This document shows, in pieces, positions 39,344-53,900 of a DNA stretch of 64,000 nt; position 1 is the first letter of the stretch, and every line of letters starts with the position of its first letter. Source of the DNA: Octopus vulgaris. Taxonomy: Eukaryota. The notes under the pieces are model-generated. The model was not told the DNA's origin. It did not search any database and was given only the letters and a program-made list of their open reading frames with translations. The stretch is from positions 47,430,001-47,494,000 of the forward strand of contig OX597815.1 of NCBI GenBank assembly GCA_951406725.2, written 5' to 3'. A program made the translations under genes and the position numbers.

Positions 39344-41962
39344 CATCAGCTGATGCATTTTATACTATCCGTATATACTTTAGCTACTCGAATTCGCTTC
39401 GAGGGTAAATCGGATGCACGGCACTGCAGAGCAGAAATAACTGCGAAATACCGATATTTTTCATTCTTCTTCACCGCCAGAGCGATTCGTTTCGCCTGGC
39501 TTTGACGTTTACTGTGTTTCTTAACACTGCATCTTTAAAGGGATCTTGGACGAAATATTACGGTCTAAAAGCGTTTAACAATACACACGCGTTAAGTAGG
39601 TGACTTTGATAATGTTTACATTATAGTATTATAGAGCTGCTTATAACTCAAAATGTGAATACTTACACACACACACACACGCACACGCACACGCACACAC
39701 ACACACAGATACACAGATACACACACACACACAGATACATGCTTTTAAAACACTCAACATTTTTTTGAGTTTTGTTGAATGTCATGAATCAAAGAATTAA
39801 ACAAAATTTGTTGAAATACAGGTGTGTATCAGTTCAAACGTTAATACCCAAAGCAAATCATTAAAAAATGGCTTCGTATTGCTGTTTTAGTCTTTTGTTT
39901 ACTTCATTCATCAGACTGCGGCGAAGCTGGCGGGAATGGAATTCATTGTGACTTCTTAATGAGGATACAATGAATACATTGTATCTACTTCATGTAAATT
40001 CGATGTTTTATTTTAATTTTGTATAATTATAGTTGAAAAGATGAGATAATGTATGTTAACTATATTATATGACTCACATTTATGTTATCGAAGCAATGTT
40101 TATATATAACCTGAACAGCACTCATTAACTTTGCAGGGTTACCGAGGCCGGTAATAGAAAGGAGTCCTGTCTCTGAGACTGGAAATCTAACTCGATTCCT
40201 TTCAACAACAATATACGAAGGACCAGGTAGAAGTGATAAGGGTTAAGCCAGGTGATGGATTATGCCTGCAGCCAAATTTGGAGGAATGCAAACAAAAGCA
40301 ACTGCACTGGAGTTCGAATTCAAAACTTTCAAAAACAGGATTAAAGTTTGCAATCCTTTTAGCCCGACGCTCACCTGTTTCTACCTCTCCACTCGCTCTC
40401 GGTAATCCCTCCTGGTAAAGGCATAAGGTCTGAAACTTTAAGGGAGGAAGTTAGTTAATTACATCAACCCCGGTGCTTGACTGGTACTTATTTCATCGAC
40501 CCAAGATAGATGAAAGGTAATGTCGACCTCGTCGAAATTCGAACTCAGAACATGAAGACGGATGAAATACCGCTAAACAATTTGCCAACGTGAAAACTCG
40601 ATTACCTCGACCCTCATACTTAACCGACACTTACTTCATCGACCCCGGAAAGATGAAAGGTATTTTGTCCGGCGTAGGAAAGGTTATGTCAGGTTTGCTA
40701 CTTTAAAGGCTTTATTTAATACTAATAAATTATATGTAGCTCGTAACGTTTCAAATTCTAAATAACACCATTACACTTCAGTTATACAGCTAATGTTCTT
40801 AGAAAATTCATAAATGTTACATTTTCATTTTTGTTCTTTCTGTCATGTAAGTCTTTTGATCTAAGACTAAAGCAGTATCAATGAGTTATCTATTAGAAAA
40901 ACAAAAAACAAAACAAGTTGAATCAATAAAACATGTCATAAGAATGTCTAGTTTCACAGCTCATTTAATACAATTACATGATGTGCTGAGAGCATTAGGC
41001 ATAGCTAATAGCAGTCACATAGTTATTATCTAATTATTTATTCACATGCAGTGTACTACTTTATTGTAGCGGTATTCTCTTGACAAATCGACCCTTGACT
41101 ACGTTGCGATTTCTCAGTTAGAACGCTATACCGGCCAGAAAAAAAGTGCATTGACATCGGGCCAATATGGAAGCAAGAACATGATCGCTTAAACTGCTAG
41201 AAATAGCAGCAAAACCTCTTTCAAGCTATACCTTATCTTTGAAGTAAGAAAGAAATGACTTGTTGGACAAGATTTTCTTAGGTGCGTGCACTGCCGTATG
41301 TAGATCTTTGCTTGATTTAGGCAACAGTAAACAACAATAATAATGTGAATTTGATACCTGTTTCTCTTTTCCTTCTATATAAATCTGATGCTTCATGCTT
41401 AATAACAAAAGGAAGCTATTCATTATCATCTATTTATTTGTTTGTTTTTTTAATATTCAAGAGTGTTAGAGAATTTTCCCATCATTAGTCGTGTCTTTCT
41501 ACCATCAGCTGTGTTTTCATTGTGAGTAAGTTTTCCTTCTTGAATATTGTTATGGTACAGTAAGCCGTCTTAGTAAACGATTACAGCGAGTTCGATGCTC
41601 TTGAAGCTTTTCTCTTTTAGTCCATTTTCTACTTAGTAACACTGGAAATAAAAGCTTATCAGCACATTATCTCAGTCAATGATTTATAATAATGCTACAA
41701 CAGTGACGGCTCTTACAAATACATATCACTTGTTCCTATCACTTAATAAAAAAATACAACAGTCATTTTGCGATTCCCGCACTCAAATGAGAGATAACTC
41801 CACGTACTAATAGGAAGCATAATCACCCTCACAACGCATTCGTTTCTAACTTTTCTCGACGTGGGTGTTGGAAGTATTTTAGTCGGACGTGGGTTCCTTT
41901 ACAAAGTGTAGTAAGTAACGCTTGAATAAAATTTGCAATAAAAGTTGTAAAATTACTTTTGA

Positions 41963-42007
<45 letters not shown>

Positions 42008-42110
42008 CGTGCGTGTGTGTGTGTGTATATATATGTATGTATGTATGCATGTATATATATATATGTGTGTGTGTGTGTATATGTATGCATGTATATATAT
42101 ATATATATAC

Positions 42111-42141
<31 letters not shown>

Positions 42142-43250
42142 ATGTACGTGTATATGTATGCATTAGGCTGTATACTAACTCTGTTCATTTTATAGGACTG
42201 AGGCAAAAATGTTGAGAAATACTGAGTGGATATTGTACCGTGTAGCCAAAAATATATAAAATTATGACATGGTAGCTACTGGAACATGTGAAACTATACA
42301 TCTACTCGATCAGGAAACACCTGAGATTAAATAATAATGATAACTACTTGCAAATTACCTGCGCTGTTCCGAGATAAAATAAGTTTGTTGAATTATGCTT
42401 ACTGTCTGTCAAAGGTGCAACGTTGCATAATTCGGAGACAAGAGAAAGAACTCGTAGATTTTTATTTAAATAACCGTCATATTTCTTATCCAGTATACCA
42501 TTTAGACACACCATGCTGTGAGATCATGAAGTTTATAAAAACACACAAACGTGCACATACACAAAAACACAACCATAGAAAGCAACACCAAATCAAAAAT
42601 GCATTCAAACTTGAGATTTTGAGTTCGAATGTGTGGGAATTTTCGGAAGGTGGAAATAAAAGAAATGAAAAGAAAAATGAAGAAAAAACACGAACTATAA
42701 CTTTAAAAAAGCTAAAATCAATAAAATGCAATTTTTTTCTAAAATGAAAAACAGCACGCTAAAAACGATAAAAACATAACAAAAACAAGTAGAAAAAACA
42801 AACAAAACACAAAACAAAGATAAGACCGAAAAAGATATTGCACGCAGCGACGTAGCAAACTATATTCAAAACAATATTCGTGTCTGTTTATAAGCGACAA
42901 AATGTCTACCAGTTATCTATGATGCTAGCAGAATATAAGTGACATATCTCCATCTCTCTTCTCTCTCTATTTAGCAATCTAGTACCGACAAGGGCCTGAA
43001 CTCCACTAGTCGACGCCTTATTCAGTCGCAGTGATGCTTTAACAGCAGTTCAATTGTCTCCACACATGAAACGACTAGCTTCAATTAGAACCATTATTGT
43101 CTTAACAGTGCACTACAGCCGGAAATTAAGATAACTTTTGCACATTTCGATAGAATCTCGAAATGCAGTTGTTCTTGATCTTGTTGTTCTTAGTTTTGTT
43201 ATGAAGATTTTTTTTAAATGATTTTTGTTTTGTGATTATTTTATTATTTG

Positions 43251-43295
<45 letters not shown>

Positions 43296-43631
43296 AAATA
43301 TATACACAGATATATATATATTTTTGTTTTCTACTATTCTTCTTCCTCTTACTGATCATTACTATTATTATTATTATTATTATTATTATTTGTCTATTCT
43401 GTGAACTATAGAAGTACTTGCTTTTAAGAAGTGAAGGAACATTGAGGATAAAGAAAAAAATGAAATAGAAGAACGCGACTGATTGGAAGGAAAAAAGAAA
43501 AGAAACGAGATAGATAATGAAGAGAAGAGGAAGAGTGTGGTGAATACAGAGTACTGGAGTGACATTGCTAAGAATTGAGATGGTACGATGGTGAAATGAA
43601 AGATAGATCCAACAGATATATATATATATAT

Positions 43632-43843
43632 CAAAATGTGACCTCGTGTGTACCGTTGGCGATTTTTTTTTCCTCTGTCTTCCCTTCTCTGGATCTTTTC
43701 TTCTCCTATGTTTCCGACGAAGAGCTCTGCTCGAAACGTTAAACCCTCCTACTTTCCTTCTTTCCTGGGCGTCCAATAATACTATATTTGTTCCATGTCC
43801 TCGCGTTGTTGTGTTTTTTGTGTTTTCTTGTTTGGATTTACTT
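43632..43843 (+). mobile_element. About 210-bp Penelope-type/retrozyme-like module flanked by (TA)n
   Basis: Pyrimidine-rich unit with one minimal hammerhead. Related to the modules at 15273 and 58194. Confidence 0.65.
43710..43744 (+). ncRNA. Minimal type-I hammerhead motif with palindromic stem III
   Basis: GTTT-CCGACGA-A-GAGC-TCT-GCTC-GAAACGTT-AAAC. One core change (U4 to C). Confidence 0.7.
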
Positions 43844-43855
43844 TATATATATATA

Positions 43856-44223
43856 CTCTTTTACTCTTTTACTTGTTTCAGTCATTAGACTGCGGCCATG
43901 CTGGAGCACCGCCTTTAGTACTTATTCTATCGGTCTCTTTTGCCGAACCGCTAAGTGACGGGGACGTAAACACACCAGCATAGGTTGTCAAGCAATGCTA
44001 GGGGGACAAACACAGGCACACAAACATACGCACACACACACACATATATATATACATATATACGACAGGCTTCTTTCAGTTTCCGTCTACCAAATCCACT
44101 CACAAGGCATTGGTCGGCCCGGGGCTATAGCAGAAGACACTTGCCCAAGATGCCACGCAGTGGGACTGAACCCGGAACCATGTGATTGGTAGACAAGCTA
44201 CTTACCACACAGCCACTCCTGCG

Positions 44224-44225
<2 letters not shown>
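43856..44225 (-). mobile_element. Full-length CORE-type SINE (family C)
   Basis: Minus strand: GGCGCAGGAGTGGCTGTGTGGTAAG, GGGTTCAGTCCC, CTTGGGCAAGTGTCTT, tail GACTGAAACAAGTAAAAGAG. Confidence 0.9.
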
Positions 44226-44259
<34 letters not shown>

Positions 44260-44364
44260 CCTGCTCGCTTAGCCAGCGGGGTGGCGTCATTTGAAGGCTA
44301 AAACAATGCGAACCGCATTGTGACCAGCGACATGTAGCAAAATCTGATAGCCTGGTCGGTCAAT

Positions 44365-44405
<41 letters not shown>

Positions 44406-45949
44406 TAGGAATACAGAGTGATAAGTATCTAGATAGAGAGAAGTGTCGGAGGAATGGTGTGAAAAATTATATAAGATACAAGTAGAGAAAGACATGATAT
44501 CAATGAGAATGTAAAAAATCGAAGTGAAAGTAGAAATATAGAGGGAATATAAGGGTTGGTTTTGTTGTTGTTGTTTAGCCCCAAATCGGCTTTGTTAGAG
44601 AAGATCCAGTTTCAAAAGCCGTTCAAATCGTGAGTATCCAGTCTTTTTATCCAGCGTTTTGTGCTGAGCTGATTTGTATGAGTGAAAAAAGGAGTCGAAA
44701 GCTTTGCTAGTGTCGATGGTAATTAAAATGATAAGAGACGCAAGATTTTGCTGTTGAAGCTATCGTGTATTTTCTGAAAATGACTCGGGAACAGATTGAC
44801 TGTCTGAATCTGTGCTGTCATTTGAAGTTGGAGATGGGTGGATTAGTGAAGCCTTGGTACTTTTTCGTAGAGAAGTCGATGGAGGTTTTTGTGTCTTTTT
44901 GAAGTTTGTAAAAGTCTTATTGCTTTCTTTATTGATGTGAGAGTACACTGTTTTGATTATATCTCAGGAAGAAATTTAAATAATTTGCTGCGCGGTAGTG
45001 ATAGCCTGGTATGATGCACAAAAGGTGCTGTCTACATAAGAGCTGTGGTAGTTACTTTCGTGCAGTATAAATGTGCTGTCAGTGTGATTTTTGAAGTTAC
45101 AAAGTATGTGTGTGGTGGTGGTAGTGGTGGTGGGGAGGGTTAGTGCACACGTGTGCATTTATATTAATATTGTGTAGCTACCAGATTTCATTTCGAAAGC
45201 CTATGTTTCTAGCGTAGTGTCGATTCCTATTTACTAACGGATTTATTGGGTTGAGTATAATTCGGAATGTTAGTTGCTCCGTGTCCTGGAAAAATTAATC
45301 TTTCCTGGTGCTAAAATGATATTGTGAATTAATATGAAGTCGTTTAGATCCATAGACATGATTTCAATGTTATATTAACACTTTTAAAAAATTCTTGATA
45401 TATCTACCAAATTTGTATTTGCCTAAGAAAATATTAACTAAATGTATATTCTGAGGACATTTCCAAAGAAAATCACTTTTTAACGCTGTCGTTTGTGTAA
45501 AATTGTGTATATTTCTGCTTTATAAATTTGTTGTTTAGTAGTGAATATATATTTTTAGAACTTTGTGCGAAACTTATCTCTATAGATGATTTGGAGCCCG
45601 CTTTGTACAGATTTGTACCCACTGTAGTTCACTGATGGGGCTCGTACATATTAAGAGAATGATTTCCGTGCATAGAATGCATAATGCTCAGCCGGTCTTT
45701 TAGCCTCACAACTGTACAGTCTTCATTTATCGGATATTATATTAATTATTGATTTATCCGTTAACTATGTTCTGAAGACGATTAGGGTAATATTCCAGGG
45801 AGATTTGGTGGCAATTTCTTGTAGGTCCAGTGACTACTTGCTATTTCGAGGTGTACTAGTATGTATCAGATATGCTAAATATACTCGTCTGATACTCCAC
45901 AGTTCAACGAAAGCAATTTCCATATTTGTATATATGTATATATATAAAT

Positions 45950-46001
<52 letters not shown>

Positions 46002-47644
46002 CATGTAGATGTTCAACAACACATTGATATGTCAAAAAGCTTACCAGGCTGCAGTTCAATCATTGAGTTATTCGGCAATTAATGTAAGATAGTGGTTTGT
46101 TCCGAGAAGCTCCTAATAGCTGACATACGGAAGGCACTGAAACAAAACTGCAGCCTATTCAATCCGAACCTACAGAATGAGACTTGTATCTCGTAGTCAC
46201 TTTGAAGCATAGCTGAATGCATCCCACTACACATAGACTTGCTGATAGCTACTTTATATATACACAATGACCTGAAATTTTTCAAAATGTGTCATTGTAT
46301 CCAATCCGAATCTAAGCCACAGGTCAGTATTCTCATAAATTTTAGTGTTTTGTTGAGAGACATGGTCCCTCTTCATATTTTCGAGTCAGCTGCCACATAT
46401 CTGATAAGTTCACTGTCATCAATTCACCGCAGAGAAAGTTCTCCGTCTTCAGTTTTTTTTTCTCTTTTTTTTTCAATAAAATTGTTTTTAACTATTAATA
46501 GTGAGATGCTATGGATACACTTCTCGGTAAACTTTCCTCGCGGTGAAATTTCTTCACGGTTAATTGATGGCAGTGAACTTACCTGTAATCCAGTTGCCAA
46601 CCTCATATTTTTCAGCATCCGCCTCTTATTATTTGCTTGCTGTTAACTAATCCCGTCCGCTGTATTCTTGCGATGCCTATTTTAAAGGGAGTTTGTCTAT
46701 GAATAACTATATTCTCTAGAGTAACATGTTATGGTGTTGTGTTACGTAATCAAGCAATTTTTGTAATCTTCTATCATCACACAGAATGTGGAAGACATTT
46801 CTGTAACATTTAATTTCAAAAGTCATTATTGTTTCTTTACTATCAACATCCAGTGTTCATAATTTGTAACTAAGTGTTCGATAGATATGAATATTACTAA
46901 TTTACGACAAAAATGAACTTTTGATGTTATTGTAATATTTTAAACACTGAACAGACACACTTGAATTTATGTAATCTATTTTTACCTCTGGCATTTTTGG
47001 TGAATTAAAACGTGTAAGAGGCAACTTATCTTGTTATAGAACAACGTTTAATTCTGTCTTTTATGAGTTCTTCAAAGGATTCACCAGATTTTTTAAAATC
47101 CTTTCCTTCATCCTTGTCTATAACCGAATAGGTTTTCATTTCTTTAAAAATATTTCCATGTTATTTTACAATCTAACGCCGATGCAAAATTTGGCTTCTT
47201 TTTCATGATTTACCTCTAAAAAACATAACAATAAACAAAAAAAAATAACTACAAAACAAACAGAAAATTTTTGAAGTATATTATTGCACTATTTAACATA
47301 GAAACGCTAGAAAATGAAAAGAATAACATTCCAACCGGCACAAAACAAAAACAGAGAATACGAGATTAATTTCGACAGAAAATATCGGTAACTAAACACT
47401 ATCTTTCGCAAATGTTTTTTTTTTTCTTTCCGATCTAAAAATATCACAATAAAGAATAGTTTGCTAAAAGAACAAAAGCTTTGAAGTATTTTGACCTGAA
47501 GACAGGAGTCAGCCAACCCATATCTATCGCAGTGGTGGAGGAGGGTATATCGGCCTTTGCTATGTCAATGGCACGATGTCTTTCTTTGTTCTATCCAAGG
47601 AAGAGTTAGGAACATCTCTGTCAGACATTCACTTAAATGAAATA

Positions 47645-48150
47645 CCGTAAATCCTCGAGTATAATACGCAGGGGAATTTTAGGGGGTTGTACCTCTGAAA
47701 AACCTAAACCTTGTGTATAATACGCACCCCTTCTCTAACTTGAGTCGTGCGTAATTAAGCCAGCAGCACCTAGTCGAACAAACACTACCGCGCATGCGTA
47801 ATACAATAATAGTGATGTTCTTACCTGTTATATGGAAATGTAAATATGTTTGCAAATTGTTTTTGCTACATGTTATTCTGTGTTCTGAATACTTTTATTT
47901 TAATAAATGTTGCTTACTGTAAGTTATGGATGATTCTTTTATGACTTCATTGCTTTCAGGCTTAGCTTAAGGTATTTTCGCGCCCGACATCACAAAATGC
48001 ATCTGAATAAACATTGCCGGACAGCAAATAGTGACTCAGATATTGCTTAGAAAATATTTTTCATTTTTAACCTCGTATATGGTACGCGCTTGGGATTTTG
48101 ACCTTTAAATTTTGGGGAATAAAATGCGGATTATACTCGAGGATTTACTT
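47645..48150. mobile_element. Tc2/pogo-like MITE
   Basis: TIR CCGTAAATCCTCGAGTATAAT(A/C)CGCA with TA on both sides. Confidence 0.85.
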
Positions 48151-48914
48151 TATCTACTTTATTGGGTGATGGCTAATGTATTGCACTATATATATACATC
48201 ATCGTTAAAACAGAAGGTGGGACGAAAGCTCTAGCACAGATGGTACGTAATAAGCTGATTGCACAAGTATTTGAGGAGGAGGAGGAGGAGGAGGAGGAGG
48301 ACAAACACTGCCGGGGAACATCGGTGATTCAGTTGCTTCAACCTCCTGAAGTTTAGAAAGCATCTCTCACCCCCTTTAATGCTATCACTTAGCTCTAGGA
48401 TGCTTGTATTGGCGCCCACTCTATTGCAAGATTTCAGACTTGGTGTTCAGATTGAAGATCATTTGCTACCTTCTTGCAGTACATCTCTTTGTTTCTTTTC
48501 CCATCATTTTACTACTGCCGTATCGGAAGTTCTGCAGATACATCATGGGAGGTGGTGATGGAATGAACTTCCTTTTAACTTCTTCTTCGGATTACACTAT
48601 GAGTAAAATGATAGAAATGAAAATTCCATTAACACTAATGAACATATCACGAAATGAACGTGTATGATACGATAAGCAGTGTTAGAAAAAACACAGATGA
48701 CGTGCTATTTAATTACCTCCCTTTACCTTGCCAGTTTAAATTCTTCTAAGGCCAATATACGGATTTCCTTTTGTTCAGGGATGGTGGGAGTAAGGAAGAG
48801 AATCGATAAAATTAAGTACAAGCCAAATATGAATGTCCATTAAACCGACCGTGTTCCTCACAGTAAAACTTCACGCCCTCTGACGAAGGCAAAAATCATT
48901 AATAGAAGTTAATA

Positions 48915-49292
48915 ATGACGATGTCAACGACGATGGTGCTGATGATGACAATGATGACGATCAGAAGAGGACAGTAAAGGTGGGGGAGGGGATAGAGGTG
49001 AAAACAGTGTCAGCGAAGAAGAGGAGGATGGTAGTTGTGATGATCTTGATGGTGGTGATGGTAGTGGTGTTGGTGTTATTGCTCGTAATATCGTGGTCAA
49101 AGATAGTATGGCAATGGAGGCGGGGGGGGGGGGGAGCGGAGTTGAATATAATTTGCTGAGTAGTAATAATGTTGATCATCATGGAGATGACGATAAACAT
49201 GATGACATTGATGATAATGTTGGTAAGAGATGTGGTGGAGGCAGTGATGGTAGTAATTATGATGGAGATTATAATGATGCTGGTGAGCATAG

Positions 49293-49326
<34 letters not shown>

Positions 49327-49710
49327 AGTGATTGTGATCTTCATAAAAGGTAGTGGTAGTAACAATTATGGTGGTGGTGATGGTCGTAATGAGTATATAG
49401 ATGATGATGGTGGTGATGGTGATAGTAGTGATGATGCAGAAAGGATGTTGATAACTGTGATGGTAAACAATGTTCTAAGTGTCGGTATTGATGATAACGG
49501 CAATAATGATGACGTCGATGACGACGATAATAATGATAATGAAGATGGTAGTGGGGATGATAGTGGTGATGACGATGGTGGTAATGTATATGATGATGGT
49601 GGGATGGTAGTGAATGTGATATTGGTAATGGTGGCATGATTGTGATGATGGTATCGATGGCAGTAACAATGACGAGAACTAGAGCTAAGATGACGTTAAT
49701 GTTGAACGAA
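48915..49710. repeat. Degenerate (GAT/GGT)n low-complexity tract
   Basis: Trinucleotide periodicity; low-complexity ORFs in several frames. Confidence 0.85.
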
Positions 49711-50190
49711 AACACAAATAATTATAGCTTTAACTTTTAAACATTCATTATTTAATGACATTTGCTAACGGCGAAGATATTTCGTTCATTATTATTTTCA
49801 TATATGAAATGCAGCGGCTGACAAGATCGGGGGGAGCGCCGTATGCAAAATCTTGAAGTACGGAGTTTTATCCCCATTTATTCTGAGTTCAAATTTTGCC
49901 ATGGTTTCTTTAGCATTGTCATCTTTCTGTAAGTCGATAAAATTGTTATCAGTGAATTTCTGGGTTTCGATGATTACGCGTAACCTGTGTCTGTGTTAGG
50001 AATTGCTATTACCTTCAAATATTTTCATTTTTTTTTTCCTGCAATTTGTATAATCTTTTATCTTTCATCGATTAATTGTTTCACTCAAAGGACCGCGACC
50101 ATACCGGGGTACCGTCTTGACCCACGACTCTTTTGCTGAGCCGCTATGTTACGCGGACGTAAACAAACCAACACCTGTTGTGAAACAGAG

Positions 50191-50462
50191 CCCTGTTCCT
50201 TCTCGAGCCACGCCTGGCTCATAAGGGCCGGTTTCCCGGTTTCGTTGGCGTATAGGTTCCCCACCTGGACGGGATGCCGGTCCGTCGCAGGTGAGCTGCA
50301 AGATGCAGGAGGAAAGAGTGAGAGAAAGTTGTGGCGAAAAAGTCAGAAATTCGCCATTACCTTCGGCTGGAGCCGCGTGGAGCTTAGGTGTTTCGCTCAT
50401 AAACACACATCACCCGGTCTGAGATTTGAACCCGCGAGTCCGCCGCTCTAACCACTAGGCCA
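50191..50462 (-). mobile_element. Family-A SINE nested in a family-C SINE (about 50050-50620)
   Basis: 12-bp TSD TGTGAAACAGAG. Homologous to 2270-2585. Confidence 0.85.
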
Positions 50463-51075
50463 TGTGAAACAGAGAAGAAGAGAGTGGGGCGGAATTAAAA
50501 CACAAAAACATACACACATGTGCATACACAGTTTCCGGGCTACCAAATTAACGTATAAGGCATTGGTAGCCCGAGGCTATTGTAGAAGACTTGCCCAAGG
50601 TGAAGAACTGGAAACCACGTTTCTATACTGGTGTGAATCGTATGTATGCTTGCACGTGTGTATGTACGTTAGAATATATGTATATGGGTGTATCATAGAT
50701 GCATATGAGCATGTGTGTGTGTGTACATATACAAGTGTAGGTGCATGAGTACTTGTGTGAATGCGTACATGAGTATCTGTATGATTCTGTTTGTGTGTGT
50801 GTGCAAATGTGTATGTATGTGTATTTGTTTGAATATATGTGTATATGTAAATTGGTGAATATTGGTATCTGTGCGTGTGGATGAAAGTGTCTTTATGAGC
50901 GTCTATATGTGAATGTAAACGTGCACTCATCGGTTAGTATTTTTGGCTGGGGTGTTTTAAAGCGGGTCATATTTTGTATATATGTGTGTATGTTGATCCT
51001 CTCTCTCTCCCCCTCTCTCCCCTCTCTCTCCTTCTCTCTCTCAGTATGAAGGAAAGAAATAGGGAGAATAAAAAG

Positions 51076-51110
<35 letters not shown>

Positions 51111-52697
51111 TTTCGAGACAGGAAAACTAAAGGACATAAGAAATGTGAAACAAAAAAAAAGAGAGATAAATCTACAGAGGGGAAGGTTGAGAAAGTACGT
51201 TATTGAATTGTCAAATAAGCAATTTTTCGGTATGCCGCCGTCTTAAGTGACAATATGGAAATCTTTACTGCAAATGTGCTATATGAAATTGATACAATTT
51301 TGTGGAAGATTTAATCACAAACACACTCACACAACAGTGGCATATATACATACATGTACATATATGCTCATATGGGTTTTGTTTACTTTGCTGTTCAAAA
51401 ACATAAAAGTGCTTTTGTAGTGCCTGATTTATATTTATTTATGAGTAAAGTAAACAGAGAGTACATTCCCAGATTATGATTTCGTTAATTCGGTTCGTCG
51501 ATGGTCTGCATATGTCAGCAGATTGATAAAGAAAATGTTTAAGTATGTAGATTGCTCTATAGTATGTGAGTTGTTGCAATGCACTGTCATTCATCAATGG
51601 ACTCTATTTGAAAATCCTGAGAGAGAATTTCGGAATATGTCGTCAATTCGAAGTTATTCCGCTTTTTTGCTTAGAGACGGGATGTAGAATTTCTCTGCAA
51701 GACCAAGGTCGCATCATCCTCACTTTTCCTAAATGCCCGTGGTTTGTCTATGACCACTCGCATGATGTTGGTGGTTACTTATTTTCCACTTGGTTTTCAA
51801 AAATGAACTGACAGTTTAGAGGTGTTGTGTTCTGTATACCTAAGAAACGTGTGGATAGTTGCCAGTGGAAAGATCAGCTTCGTATAATAACAAGTTTTAG
51901 GCATTGCATTTTGGTAAAGAAAAACTCTGTATATCAGTAATTGTATATTAGCTTCTTCGGTCTATGCCTTTTTGCAGTGTTGTTCTTTATGTATTTTCTA
52001 CTCCCTTGTGACTCACGTTTATGTTGTTTCCGTTGAACACTCGGTACTTCCTCTCGTTCGGGGAATTTGTTGGAATTTGCTTTGCATTTCTGCTTTATAC
52101 ACCAATATTGTATGATCAATGATACCCTATAGCATTTACTTCCTTATTTTTAGGGCCTCGCTATTGTGCACTACTGTCTTGTAAAGGTGATTTCATCATT
52201 AACCCTTATTGGGATATAATGACTTATAGAGGTAAGCATGAATGTATAATGGAGCACTATTAGGTTCTTCAGAAGATTCTTACAATTAAACGTTACATCT
52301 ACGACTGGTACAGTCCCAATGTCCCCTTCGACCATAAACGTCGGACCAAATTGTTTTGAAAACTCTGATTATATATTTTCACATGGTGTTAGCTGTACAG
52401 ACCTTCAACAAGCTTTTTCTTTTAGATATTCAGTAACCAAATGAACCAAACCATGGTTTGAATGTATAATTTCTATTTACCTCAACAATGAATAAACATA
52501 TATTTATATTTATACATACGCGAATAAGAAACATACTCATACACACACACACACATACACACACTGAGAAAGAGAGGCAGAGGAAGAGGGAAACTTACCC
52601 ATACATATATATAATTACATACGAGGGTTTTATCACCTACGTCATTCTTCGGCCCATGCTACATACTACAAAATATACTGAAACCAATACACACACA

Positions 52698-52774
<77 letters not shown>

Positions 52775-53389
52775 GCGTATATATATATATGCATATAAAC
52801 ACGTATATTTATATATACGTACATATACACACACATATATACCTATGTATACATATATAAATGTATACATACATATATGTATGTATACGTATATATATGT
52901 GTATATGTTCGTGCGTGTATTTGTGTATGTTTAGTCTCTTTTTTTCCATTCCGCCAGTAAGACACCTCCTACGATATACGATAATATCATAATGCAAGAA
53001 ATATTTATACTTACGAAGACACAACGTTGCCACTGGTAACATAACCTGATAATTATATATTAATATTTCCCTAAACCAAGGAGTGTCCGTTTCAATCTGC
53101 GGTTTCATATGTTGCAAAACAACATCCATAAGGACATATGATCGTCTTTTTTTATATTTCAAAAATTTTGACGTTCACTAAATAAGAATAATATATGCTG
53201 AAAACATATCCTTTCATAACTTATTATGTCTAATTTAATGTGGTGTTATTGTTGATTCCGTTTTAGTAAAATATGTCTTAACTGCTAAAGCTATTTATTT
53301 ACTTCGGTTTAGTGAAATAAGTCTGATAATGATACCATATTATGACATAATATGTCAGATTGTTGACGAGTGCTTTTAGTAGTATGTAG

Positions 53390-53900
53390 TCCAGTGTAAC
53401 CTGTTGCACGGTCGGGTCATCGTGGATTAATCGTCTCCCTCACCAGGATTGTTTGGCAAGAAGAATCACAAGAACCTCAGCAGAACACAAATACTGTTAA
53501 TTTAAAGGGATTTGTTGTATGAGAACGGAACTATGCGAGAAGGTACACAGTAAACTACAAAAGGAAAATGCCACTCAACGCAACAGGGTTAATCTTAGAA
53601 TCATGGAGGCCCCACTTTTCAACAAATTTAGACCAGCCATGAACAACATGAAGGAAGTATATGAAGATGACTGGTTGCTATAGCGACAGCATTCTGCGCA
53701 AGTCACCTTCATCATTCTTTTCCCTCTTCCTTCCTCCCCTACACATCTCATCAACGACTTTTCTATCTTTGCTTTTTTTTTTCCAAATGTCCTGAAGAAG
53801 AGGTTATAACCCCGAAACATAGTAACACAACGTAAAACTGCAACTTTGTTTCGTTTGTTATCTTTTCCTCTTCCTTTTGTAATTAATTTGTACCTTCTCT
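53390..53900 (+). mobile_element. Decayed Penelope-like 3' end (GIY-YIG C-terminus plus hammerhead at 53788-53827)
   Basis: TRTSAEHK and LNATGLILESWRP* resemble TR..EH and N...G..L...W.P. Followed by TGTC-CTGAAGA-A-GAGGTT-AT-AACCCC-GAAAC-ATA-GTA-ACA. Confidence 0.55.

Noticed and set aside
41498-41520. Partial similarity to miR-317 on the minus strand
   Set aside because: Mismatches in the seed region and no precursor hairpin seen.
44700-46700. Possible LINE ORF1 relic, or an exon ending CAG|GTAAGT near 46583 on the minus strand
   Set aside because: Motifs are too degraded to assign by eye.
48961-49715. Asp/Gly-, Met- or His-rich ORFs
   Set aside because: A degenerate (GAT)n tract leaves several frames open; no splice or domain evidence.
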